A stretch of DNA of 42,616 bases, from the NCBI GenBank assembly GCA_934871445.1, contig CAKXBD010000001.1:16069-58684 (forward strand), in the 5' to 3' direction. Of the stretch, positions 27,859-35,717 are shown piece by piece (positions within the stretch are counted from its first letter, which is position 1; the number at the start of each line of letters is the position of its first letter). The position numbers and the translations under genes were made by a program. The notes under the pieces were generated by a model. It did not search any database. It saw only the letters and a program-made list of their open reading frames with translations, and was not told where the DNA came from. The DNA is from an uncultured bacterium (lineage in GTDB: Bacteria > Bacillota > Clostridia > Christensenellales > Borkfalkiaceae).

Positions 27859-28327
27859 CGTTCTCCCCTCCGTATAATTTTTTATTGAGCGCTTTGAGTT
27901 CTTCGGCGCAGATTTTCGCGGGGCCGAAATTTTTGTCCTTGATAAATTCTTCCACCCGTTTTTTCAAGGTGTTGCGCCTGCGGATGAGTTCTTCCCTGTC
28001 TCCGGAATTTTTCGGTTTCTTCCCGCAATGAATTTCGTTGCCCTGCATGCGGATCACGACGGGAATCACCGTTCTCGCGAGCGATTGATAGCACTGCGCG
28101 CACCCCACCAGCCCGCGGGAGCGAAAATCCTCTTCCGAGGTTCCGCAATAGGGGCACATGGCAATCTGCCTCGCCTTTTCGCGATGAGCGGCGGAGGGGT
28201 CTATATCGATAGAAATAAACAGACGGTGATAACAGTCCAGACAATAATACTCCGTCTGACTCTTCCCGTCTGTAACTTTCTCATACGTCTTCGTGGCCTG
28301 ATTTTTTTTACAATGACAGCACAACAT
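27851..28327 (-). CDS. mcsA: McsA, activator of protein arginine kinase (zinc fingers plus UVR motif)
   Basis: 158 aa. Has CCHCKK...CLDCYH and CPYCGT...CAQCY Cys pairs and a C-terminal UVR-like helix. Overlaps the mcsB start by 8 nt. Confidence 0.85.
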   Translation of the reverse strand: MLCCHCKKNQATKTYEKVTDGKSQTEYYCLDCYHRLFISIDIDPSAAHREKARQIAMCPYCGTSEEDFRSRGLVGCAQCYQSLARTVIPVVIRMQGNEIHCGKKPKNSGDREELIRRRNTLKKRVEEFIKDKNFGPAKICAEELKALNKKLYGGENDD

Positions 28328-28377
28328 GGTTGCCTTTTCCTTATTTTCCCGGTATTTCTCCTTACTGTGTCTCGGTT

Positions 28378-29058
28378 TTATGCTTTCGGGGCTCCCTTCG
28401 TTCCCGGCTCCTTATCTTTCTTTGCCCCGTTTTTCCCTTTGAACGGCGACCAACGGAAGAAGCACCACAAGGTTTCCAGCGCCTGCAAAGGCACGCCGAG
28501 CAGGAAAATCAGCCAAAGCCTCCCGTAATCGTCGTTGCCGAGATGAGCCATAATGATGCGGGAAGTGGTATATACGCAGGCGAGGACCGTCCAGATAAGG
28601 ACGGACACCGCCACGAAGTTTGTAATTTTATATTTCCAGACGCTCGAAAGGACGGTAATGACGATAGCGTTGATAGGAACGGCGTATAAAAACGCCAACC
28701 ACCATTCTCCCTTGCCGGGAAGAATGAGATTCAAAAGCACGAAGACAGAGGTAGCCACCAGCCAAACGATGCCGCTGGAAAGGAGCATTACCAAAAGTCT
28801 CCGCCATTTGGACATTTTTTTAGGGGGGAGCACGGAGGATTTTTCGCCCACGAGATCATTGACGGTGATACCGTATAGATCGGCCAGCTTCAAAAGGATA
28901 TAAATATCCGGTACTCCGTTTCCCGATTCCCACTTTGAAACGGACTTATCGGAATAATTAATCTTCTGTGCAAGCTCAGCCTGAGTGAGATTCGCCGCCT
29001 TTCTGTAATATATCAAATTTTTGGCAATCCGCTGATTGGTCGTTTCCAAGTTTTCCAT
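28378..29058 (-). CDS. Membrane-anchored XRE-family HTH transcriptional regulator
   Basis: Start at ATG 29056-29058 (MENLETTNQRIAKNL...). HTH_3 core LTQAELAQKINYSDKSVSKWESG is followed by about 4 TM helices and a Lys-rich tail. Lies 50 nt upstream of mcsA with no promoter visible between them. Confidence 0.85.
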   Translation of the reverse strand: MENLETTNQRIAKNLIYYRKAANLTQAELAQKINYSDKSVSKWESGNGVPDIYILLKLADLYGITVNDLVGEKSSVLPPKKMSKWRRLLVMLLSSGIVWLVATSVFVLLNLILPGKGEWWLAFLYAVPINAIVITVLSSVWKYKITNFVAVSVLIWTVLACVYTTSRIIMAHLGNDDYGRLWLIFLLGVPLQALETLWCFFRWSPFKGKNGAKKDKEPGTKGAPKA

Positions 29059-29064
29059 AACGCT

Positions 29065-29093
29065 ATGATAACATTTTTTTTTTAATTCGTCAA
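29065..29093 (-). promoter_or_regulatory. Sigma-A promoter giving a leaderless XRE-regulator mRNA
   Basis: Minus strand: TTGACG, 17 nt ending in TGT, TATCAT. Only 6 nt (AGCGTT) then follow before the ATG, with no SD. Confidence 0.65.
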
Positions 29094-29138
29094 GCAGGTA
29101 CATGCTTTTTTGCGGAAAAAGCCGCTTTTTTATTGGTT

Positions 29139-29173
29139 TCTACCCACGGTAGAGTCCGCTTTATACACTCTAC
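29139..29173. promoter_or_regulatory. Overlapping palindromes in the divergent XRE/degV control region (candidate operators)
   Basis: TCTACC-CAC-GGTAGA (29139-29153) overlaps GTAGAGT-N11-ACTCTAC (29149-29173). Further GGTAGA/GTAGAA copies lie at about 29209 and about 29232. Confidence 0.4.
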
Positions 29174-29257
29174 TTTACAATCGATAGAGATAGAATGTCG
29201 AAAAATGCGGTAGAAAGTCACATATTTTACAGTAGAACGATTTTACTTTTGAATAGG

Positions 29258-29286
29258 TTGAAATTTGTCAATACTCAATATACAAT
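29258..29286 (+). promoter_or_regulatory. Sigma-A-type promoter for degV
   Basis: TTGAAA, 17 nt, TACAAT. An AAGGAG RBS precedes the ATG at 29339. Confidence 0.6.
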
Positions 29287-29338
29287 AAACATACGATGAA
29301 AAGAGAGGTCTAATCTAAGTTTAAGGAGTTTAGGATTT

Positions 29339-30214
29339 ATGGAAAGGAATTTTGACATCATCACGGATTCGTGCTGCGGAATGCCGCAGGAATTTACGGA
29401 AGCAAACGAGATTGCCGTACTTCCTTTGGGCTATACGGTAGACGGAAAGACATACGGAGGCGCGGAGAACGAAACGCTCCCCTTAAAGGAGCTTTACGCC
29501 CGCCTGCGGGCGGGGAGCGACTGCCATACGTTTCAGGTAACGGCCGAGCAAGCTCGGCCGCAGATAGAGAAATCCTTCCAAAAGGGGCGCGACGTTCTCA
29601 TCGTCGCATTTTCTTCCGCCCTTTCGGGAACGGCGTCCTCGTTTACCGTCGCGGCGAACGAACTCACCGAGCTCTATCCCGACCGAAAAGCCTATGTGCT
29701 AGATTCTCTCAGCGGCTCGATGGGTCAGGGAATGTTGATCGAATATCTCATCGAAAAAGCGGAAGCGGGAGCGACGTTCGAGGAAGTATGCGCTTACGGA
29801 GAAAAGCTCAAACGCCGTATCCAGCACCTTTTCACGGTGGACGATCTGGAATTTTTAAGAAAAGGCGGCCGAATTTCGGGCGCGGTGGCGGTCGTGGGGA
29901 AGCTGCTCAAAATAAAGCCCCTGCTGCACGCGACGCCTAAGGGAACGCTTGCGCCCATCGCAAAAATCGTCGGCCGCAAGCGCTCTTTGGAAGCGCTCGC
30001 CGACGAGGCAAAAAAGCGCGCCGAACTCTCCCACGAAGATCCTATTTTTATCGCGCACGGGGACTGCGAGGAGGAAGCGCTTCGGCTCCAAGCGCTTTTG
30101 GAAGAACGTCTGGGAAAGCGCCGCTTTCTCATCAATTACATGGATCCGGTCATGGGTACGCACGGAGGACCGGGCATCATCGCGGTGTTCTTCAAAGGGA
30201 AGATACGCGAATAA
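29339..30214 (+). CDS. DegV-family fatty-acid-binding protein (FakB-like)
   Basis: 291 aa. N-terminus ITDSCCGMP, GSMGQG, and overall DegV length and pattern. Confidence 0.92.
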   Translation: MERNFDIITDSCCGMPQEFTEANEIAVLPLGYTVDGKTYGGAENETLPLKELYARLRAGSDCHTFQVTAEQARPQIEKSFQKGRDVLIVAFSSALSGTASSFTVAANELTELYPDRKAYVLDSLSGSMGQGMLIEYLIEKAEAGATFEEVCAYGEKLKRRIQHLFTVDDLEFLRKGGRISGAVAVVGKLLKIKPLLHATPKGTLAPIAKIVGRKRSLEALADEAKKRAELSHEDPIFIAHGDCEEEALRLQALLEERLGKRRFLINYMDPVMGTHGGPGIIAVFFKGKIRE

Positions 30215-30217
30215 GCC

Positions 30218-30319
30218 GTCTCGGCTTTTATATCCCACCGTTACTATTCTCGTCTCGGCTTTTATATCCCGCCGTTACTATTCCCGTCTCGGCTTTCATA
30301 TCCTACCGTTACTATTCTC
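30218..30319. repeat. Three tandem 34-nt direct repeats
   Basis: GTCTCGGCTTTTATATCCCACCGTTACTATTCTC at 30218-30251, 30252-30285 and 30286-30319, with 2-3 substitutions per copy. They start 4 nt after the degV stop. Two further CCTAA(A)TATAAAA(A)T copies follow at about 30322-30354. Confidence 0.9.
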
Positions 30320-30375
30320 GTCCCTAATATAAAATCCCCCCTAAATATAAAAAATCTAAGATAAGGAGAACGTTT

Positions 30376-30669
30376 ATGAAAACAAATTTCAGAATTTTCA
30401 AAGACAACGCGGCGGAAGCCGAATTGGAAGTCGCACTCGGAGCGGGAAGCGACCTCGTCATTGTAGGTTCCCCGTCCGAATATTTTGAAGGCAGAACGGC
30501 GCAGAAAGCCATAAATCTCATGAAAAAGTATCCCGAAAGGAAGATCTTCGTCACGGATCCGGTTTCCTCCGACTGCTTGCAGAAGGTTTTGGAAAAGGCG
30601 GATTCGGGTGCGAACCTCTTTGATACTTATGTATATGCGGAAAATCTTTCGGAAGCGCTCCGCGCCTGA
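30376..30669 (+). CDS. Hypothetical 97-aa protein
   Basis: AAGGAG RBS 7 nt upstream of the ATG, and followed by a strong terminator. SDLVIVGS...KIFV faintly recalls a Rossmann/USP-like strand pattern, but no family can be assigned. Confidence 0.65.
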   Translation: MKTNFRIFKDNAAEAELEVALGAGSDLVIVGSPSEYFEGRTAQKAINLMKKYPERKIFVTDPVSSDCLQKVLEKADSGANLFDTYVYAENLSEALRA

Positions 30670-30701
30670 ACTTTATTTTGCTCACACTTCACCATAATCC
30701 T

Positions 30702-30739
30702 AAAAAAGCGGCCTGCCGTTCCTCGGCAGGCCGCTTTTG
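30702..30739. terminator. Bidirectional intrinsic terminator
   Basis: AAGCGGCCTGCCG-TTCCT-CGGCAGGCCGCTT (13-bp stem) flanked by an A-run and a T-run, between convergent genes (30669 plus strand, 30755 minus strand). Confidence 0.85.
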
Positions 30740-30754
30740 CTCACTTAAAAATTT

Positions 30755-31207
30755 TTATAAAATGTCGAGGACGATCGCCCTGCCTTTTTTGGCGTCATAT
30801 CCCGCCTTCACCGTCTTGCCCGAATAATTGTTCAGCTTGTTGGGGCCGGTTATGTCAAAAAGCCTTGTCCTCTCGGAGTTAAATACGGCAAACGTTCTGA
30901 CCGTTCTTTCCTCTCCCTCTATCGTCATTTTGATTTCAAATTCGAGAGTAGTCGGCCCCCACCGTGTATACGTTCTTTCCAGAATAACGTCCTGAATATC
31001 CGTCAATTCGACACGGGAGAAATACCGATAGCGGATTCCCCAGTAAATCATAAACGGTATCACCAATGCAAAAAAGGCTCCCGCCGTCCAACCGAGTCCG
31101 TTGCTCCCCATCAAAATGAGCAAAAGGGTCAAAAGAAACATAATCACTGCAAAAATCCCGAATATAGTCAAGTAATAGCGATAATATCTCGTCGCCGTAT
31201 TTTTCAT
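30755..31207 (-). CDS. Hypothetical membrane protein (2 TM plus C-terminal soluble domain)
   Basis: Start at ATG 31205-31207 (GAGGG RBS). The track start at 31249 is a TTG without an RBS. Confidence 0.72.
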   Translation of the reverse strand: MKNTATRYYRYYLTIFGIFAVIMFLLTLLLILMGSNGLGWTAGAFFALVIPFMIYWGIRYRYFSRVELTDIQDVILERTYTRWGPTTLEFEIKMTIEGEERTVRTFAVFNSERTRLFDITGPNKLNNYSGKTVKAGYDAKKGRAIVLDIL

Positions 31208-31259
31208 TTTTTCCCTCACAAAAGTACGGTTCCCCGCCCGATCTTTCAAATTCTTCCGC

Positions 31260-32690
31260 TCAATAGGCGCGGGCGTAAATAATCAGATGTTTTGCCTTTT
31301 TACCGCAGACTGCGCAGGTTTCGGCGGTTTCGCCCTCGGCGTAGACGCGGGCGCTCGCGGCGGTCTTTTCCTTGATTTTATCCTCGCACTCGCGGCAGCC
31401 GCACCAGCCCGCCTTGACGAAGTTTCCGTTTTCCACGCCCGCAAGAATTTCGTCCATGTCCTTCGCATACACGATTCGGCCGTCGCGGCGTTTTCTAGCC
31501 GCTTCCAGCATGTCCTTCTGTACGGTTTGAAGCAGAGCGCGAATCCCGTCCGCGGCCCCGCTCAAAGCCATCTCCGACTTTTCGAGGGTATCCCGACGCG
31601 CGCAGAGAATTTTTCCCGCTTCGAGGTCGCGGGGACCGAGCTCGATACGCACGGGAACGCCCTTCATCTCCCATTCGTTGAATTTCCAGCCGGGGCTGTT
31701 TTCGCTGTCGTCGAGCTTGACGCGCACGCCCGCTTGTTCGAGCTCGTCCCGAAGTTTTACACAGACCTCCAAAACGCCCGCCTTTTTCGCGGCAATCGGC
31801 ACGATGACGCACTGTACGGGCGCGACGACGGGCGGAAGCACCAGCCCGCGGCTGTCTCCGTGCGTCATGATGATCGCGCCGATAAGGCGGGTAGAGACTC
31901 CCCACGAGGAAGTATACGCCGTCTTGTGCGTTCCGTCCTTATCGAGGAACTGAATATCGAAAGCGGAGGCGAAATTCTGTCCGAGATAGTGACTAGTGCC
32001 TGCTTGTAAGCTCTTGCCGTCGTGCATCATGGCTTCCATGCCGTAGGTGGCCACAGCGCCGGCGAATTTTTCCTTTTCCGTCTTTTTGCCGGTGATGACG
32101 GGAATGGCGAGGCAATTTTCGGCAAATTCTTTATAGACGCCCAACATTTTTTGCGTTTCTTCTTCGGCTTCCTCTGCGGTGGAGTGAACGGTATGCCCTT
32201 CCTGCCAGAGGAATTCGCTCGTGCGGAGGAAAGGCCGAGTGGTCTTTTCCCAGCGCATGACGTTGCACCACTGATTGATTTTGAGGGGCAGATCGCGATA
32301 GGATTGTATCCATTTGGAGTACATGGTACCGATAATCGTCTCGGAAGTAGGTCTTATGGCGAGCGGCTCCGCGAGCTGTTCTCCTCCGGCGACGGTAACG
32401 ACGGCGATTTCGGGCGCGAACCCCTCCACGTGCTCGGCCTCTTTCGTAAAGAAGCTCATGGGAATGAGGAGCGGGAAATAAGCATTTTCCACCCCCTGCG
32501 CCTTAAAGCGTTTATCCATTTCTTTCTGAATGTTTTCCCAAATGGCATAGCCGTAAGGCCTTATGACCATCGTGCCTTTGACGGGGCCGTAATCGACGAG
32601 CTTTGTCTTTAACACGACGTCGGTATACCACTGAGGGAAATCGGCGTCAATATCTGCGATTTGTTCGACGAATTGATTCTCTTTTGCCAT
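31260..32690 (-). CDS. proS: Proline--tRNA ligase (short archaeal/eukaryote-like type)
   Basis: 476 aa. Class II core (FRPTSE-like IRPTSET, WCNVMRWE), and a C-terminal Zn-binding domain with CGC..C...C.VCG. No editing-domain insertion. Confidence 0.95.
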   Translation of the reverse strand: MAKENQFVEQIADIDADFPQWYTDVVLKTKLVDYGPVKGTMVIRPYGYAIWENIQKEMDKRFKAQGVENAYFPLLIPMSFFTKEAEHVEGFAPEIAVVTVAGGEQLAEPLAIRPTSETIIGTMYSKWIQSYRDLPLKINQWCNVMRWEKTTRPFLRTSEFLWQEGHTVHSTAEEAEEETQKMLGVYKEFAENCLAIPVITGKKTEKEKFAGAVATYGMEAMMHDGKSLQAGTSHYLGQNFASAFDIQFLDKDGTHKTAYTSSWGVSTRLIGAIIMTHGDSRGLVLPPVVAPVQCVIVPIAAKKAGVLEVCVKLRDELEQAGVRVKLDDSENSPGWKFNEWEMKGVPVRIELGPRDLEAGKILCARRDTLEKSEMALSGAADGIRALLQTVQKDMLEAARKRRDGRIVYAKDMDEILAGVENGNFVKAGWCGCRECEDKIKEKTAASARVYAEGETAETCAVCGKKAKHLIIYARAY

Positions 32691-32720
32691 AAATAAACCT
32701 CGGAAACAATTATTTTATTC

Positions 32721-32749
32721 ATTATACAGCAAACGCGCGCAATTTTCAA
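32721..32749 (-). promoter_or_regulatory. Consensus sigma-A promoter of proS
   Basis: Minus strand: TTGAAA, 17 nt, TATAAT. A GAGG RBS follows about 20 nt downstream. Confidence 0.7.
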
Positions 32750-32899
32750 TCGTTTTGCGCGCGTTTTTTTGTTATTTTCCGACGGAGCATAATTTTCTTT
32801 TTCCGTTTTGTTTCCGCTCCGTTGCAGAGTCCAAAGCCCGTTGCGACCTCTGTTTCGCTGCGGATTCAACTCCTTCTCGGTTTCGTTTTTCCCAAATTG

Positions 32900-33799
32900 T
32901 TAAAAGCCCGTGAGCTCCTTTCTCGTCTTGACGCTGACCCAGCCGCAGGAGACGGAGCCGGGACCGACGTGAGCCCCGATGACGGGTCCCATGATGACGA
33001 TTTTCGGCCTCACGCCCCATTTTGCCTCTACCATGTCCGCGAGCTCGTTTGCGCCCTCCTCGTTGTCGGTATGGACGATAACGGCGATTTTATTTTCGTC
33101 CATGGGCGCCTTTTCCTGCGATTCGAGGACGAAATTGAAGGCTTTTTTCATGCCGCGCATCTTGCCGATGACTTTGAGTTTCCCTTCGGAATCGAATATG
33201 ATCATGGGCTTGATGTTGAGCGCCGTGCCATATACGGCGGAGACAGCGGAAACGCGGCCGCCCTTCATGAGATAAAAGAGGTCGTTAGGGATAATGCAGT
33301 GCTGAATCCTCAATCTGATTTCCATGAGTTTGTCGTAAGCGTCTTTGGCGGACATGCCCTGATCGCGCATGTCGCAGGCCATAGACACCAGCATGCCCTG
33401 CCCGATGGTGGCGGTGAGAGGGTCTACGGAATAGAGATTGAATTCGGGGTATTCCTTTTTCACTTCCTCCGCCGCCTGTTTGACGACGGAAACGGTGCGC
33501 GCGAGTCCCGAAGAAATGCTGAAATGCAGAACGTCCTTCACGCCCGCGCGGGCCATTTTGCGGAAATGCTCGCAATGGGACTCATAATTGAGCATGGAAG
33601 TGCGGGGGAAGGAGCCCGCCCGAACCTTCTGATAGAAATCGACGTAATCCTGATAACAGGAAAACGCATCGACGCCCTCCTCCTGTTTTCCGTTTTTTTC
33701 CAAAGTAAAGGTGAGCGGAGCGAACCAAATTTCGCGTTTTTCGATATAATCTTTATATAAATCGCAGGTCGAATCGCTGGACACGGCAAACTGAATCAT
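32900..33799 (-). CDS. DegV-family fatty-acid-binding protein (second paralog)
   Basis: Start at ATG 33797-33799 (GGAG RBS 8 nt upstream): MIQFAVSSDSTCDL. GQGMLV motif. Confidence 0.92.
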   Translation of the reverse strand: MIQFAVSSDSTCDLYKDYIEKREIWFAPLTFTLEKNGKQEEGVDAFSCYQDYVDFYQKVRAGSFPRTSMLNYESHCEHFRKMARAGVKDVLHFSISSGLARTVSVVKQAAEEVKKEYPEFNLYSVDPLTATIGQGMLVSMACDMRDQGMSAKDAYDKLMEIRLRIQHCIIPNDLFYLMKGGRVSAVSAVYGTALNIKPMIIFDSEGKLKVIGKMRGMKKAFNFVLESQEKAPMDENKIAVIVHTDNEEGANELADMVEAKWGVRPKIVIMGPVIGAHVGPGSVSCGWVSVKTRKELTGF

Positions 33800-33848
33800 A
33801 CTAATTTCTCCAAACTTTTTCATTATCATAAAAATTTATGACAAATTT

Positions 33849-33877
33849 ATTATAACACATAAAAATATTTCTGTCAA
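33849..33877 (-). promoter_or_regulatory. Consensus sigma-A promoter of the second degV
   Basis: Minus strand: TTGACA, 17 nt, TATAAT. Confidence 0.7.
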
Positions 33878-34058
33878 CGATATAGGGGAAAAATATATTA
33901 AAGCGAAATTAATAAAATTTTGTCATTCCTATTTTCATGATACCATTTTCGGCGGGGATTTTTTCTAACGGAATCTATTTTTATCCTTACGATTTCGTAA
34001 GTTTTTGCGATAATTATGCGCCGCGAGAAAATTTTTACAATAATTTTTCTCAAAAGAC

Positions 34059-34087
34059 TTGAAAATTATGCCGAAAACCGTTATAAT
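34059..34087 (+). promoter_or_regulatory. Consensus sigma-A promoter of the phosphohexomutase-tkt operon
   Basis: TTGAAA, 17 nt, TATAAT, about 80 nt upstream of the ATG. Confidence 0.7.
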
Positions 34088-34099
34088 AGAGATAGAGTG

Positions 34100-34117
34100 G
34101 TATAAAGGACTTTATAC
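34100..34117. promoter_or_regulatory. Perfect 8-2-8 palindrome at the predicted transcription start (candidate operator)
   Basis: GTATAAAG-GA-CTTTATAC begins 13 nt after the -10 box. Confidence 0.45.
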
Positions 34118-34168
34118 GCTCACGATTTTGAGGCATTTGCCTTTCTTTTTGGAGCCGATACATATAAG

Positions 34169-35695
34169 ATGATGACTTTACGGGAATATTTGCAGCTGAA
34201 AAACGGAACGGACGTTCGCGGCATCGCGACGGAAGGGATCGCGGGCGAAGAGGTCAACCTCACGCCCGAAGCCGCGGAAGCGATCGCGGAAGCGTTTGCG
34301 GAGTGGCTTTGCAAGCGGACGGGAAAAAGCCCTTTGCGCATCGCGGTAGGTCACGATTCGAGAATTTCCTCCCCCGCGCTTTCCGAAAGTGTCTTAAAAG
34401 GGATAGAGCGGACGGGCAACGTTGCGATTTTCACGCATCTTTCCTCTACGCCGTCCATGTTCATGCTCTTAAAAGACGAACGCTGGTCCGCGGACGGCTC
34501 GGTGATGATTACGGCCAGCCACCTTCCCTTCAACCGCAACGGCCTGAAATTTTTCACGGCGGAGGGCGGCTTGGAATCGGAGGACGTCAAAGAAATCCTC
34601 ACCCTTGCCTCCGCGGCGCCGTTTCCCGAAAAGGCGGGCGGAAGCAGGATAGAAAAGCCGTATCTCGACGCCTATGCGCAGGATCTCGTCGAAAAGGTCC
34701 GCCGCGCGACGGGCGAAACGCAGCCCTTGAAGGGCAAGCGGATTCTCGTAGACGCGGGAAACGGCGCGGGCGGATTTTACGTCGATAAAGTCTTGAAGCC
34801 GCTCGGAGCGGATACGACGGGCTCGCAGTTTTTGGAGCCGGACGGCCGTTTTCCCAATCATATTCCCAACCCCGAAAACGAAACGGCGATGCGATCCGTC
34901 TGCGAGGCGGTGAAGCGCAATCATGCGGACTTCGGAATTATTTTCGATACGGACGTAGACAGAGCGGGCGCCGTGGACGAGAAGGGCGAAGAAATCAACC
35001 GCAATCGCCTGATAGCGCTCATTTCCGCAGTTCTTTTGCGCGAAAAGGCGGGCACAATCGTGACCGATTCGGTCACTTCCGACGGTCTCGCGTCGTTTAT
35101 CGCGGCGCACGGCGGAAAGCATTGCCGCTTCAAGCGCGGATATAAAAACGTCATCAACGAAGCGATCCGCTTAAACGAGTCGGGAGAATATACTCCCCTC
35201 GCGATAGAGACGAGCGGGCACGCCGCCTTGAAGGAGAATTACTTTCTCGACGACGGCGCGTATCTCGTCACGAGACTCTTGATTGCGCTTTCGGCGGCGG
35301 CGAAAGCGGGGCAAAAGCTCACCGACCTCATTTCGGATCTTCCCGAGCCCGAAGAAGCGGCGGAATACCGCCCGACGTTTATGAAGGACTGCGATTTCAA
35401 AGCGCTGGGCAATCGTGTGATCGAGGAGCTCAAAGCGCATGCGGCGGGACTTTCTTATGCTTCCCCTGCGCCCGAAAATCACGAGGGAATACGCCTGAAT
35501 TTCGATAAGGAGCACGGCGACGGCTGGGCGCTGGTGCGGCTGAGCCTGCACGAGCCCATTCTTCCCATCAACGTCGAGAGCAATTCAAAGGACGGGGCGA
35601 AGAAGATCGCCCGGGAGCTCTATACGTTTTTGAAACAGTATGATTTTCTCGATCTGTCGGCGTTAAAAAGCGCGGCGGGCGAGTCAGAAAATTAA
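34169..35695 (+). CDS. Alpha-D-phosphohexomutase (phosphoglucomutase/phosphomannomutase family)
   Basis: 508 aa. Phosphoserine loop ITASHLP, Mg loop FDTDVDR, sugar loop ETSGH. Confidence 0.92.
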   Translation: MMTLREYLQLKNGTDVRGIATEGIAGEEVNLTPEAAEAIAEAFAEWLCKRTGKSPLRIAVGHDSRISSPALSESVLKGIERTGNVAIFTHLSSTPSMFMLLKDERWSADGSVMITASHLPFNRNGLKFFTAEGGLESEDVKEILTLASAAPFPEKAGGSRIEKPYLDAYAQDLVEKVRRATGETQPLKGKRILVDAGNGAGGFYVDKVLKPLGADTTGSQFLEPDGRFPNHIPNPENETAMRSVCEAVKRNHADFGIIFDTDVDRAGAVDEKGEEINRNRLIALISAVLLREKAGTIVTDSVTSDGLASFIAAHGGKHCRFKRGYKNVINEAIRLNESGEYTPLAIETSGHAALKENYFLDDGAYLVTRLLIALSAAAKAGQKLTDLISDLPEPEEAAEYRPTFMKDCDFKALGNRVIEELKAHAAGLSYASPAPENHEGIRLNFDKEHGDGWALVRLSLHEPILPINVESNSKDGAKKIARELYTFLKQYDFLDLSALKSAAGESEN

Positions 35696-35717
35696 AAAAT
35701 AAAAATTAGGAGATATT

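Noticed and set aside
29059-29103. Upstream start (MYLLDELKKKCYHSV) for the XRE regulator, and likewise MCYNIIA for nth at 14650-14670.
   Set aside because: In both cases the extra codons coincide with a well-formed -35/-10 promoter. The downstream ATG gives the canonical domain start.
26626-29338. CtsR operator (GGTCAAA-type tandem heptads) upstream of clpC, mcsA or the XRE gene.
   Set aside because: I scanned the three non-coding stretches by eye on both strands. I found only unrelated TGTCAA/GTCAAG strings and no GGTCAA. Absence by eye is not proof, so a pattern search should confirm it.
32691-32899. A T-box or other riboswitch leader for proS.
   Set aside because: No GGTGGTACC T-box core is present. 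The consensus promoter sits only about 30 nt from the ATG, leaving no room for a leader structure.
33870-34006. A possible ~100-nt plus-strand transcript. It would run from a weak CTGTCA-17 nt-TATATT promoter to a small hairpin, CTTACG-ATTT-CGTAAG plus TTTTT at 33986-34006. It includes a 41-codon ORF starting at 33937.
   Set aside because: The promoter match is poor, the stem is only 6 bp and the ORF has no RBS. AT-rich divergent promoter regions generate such motifs by chance.
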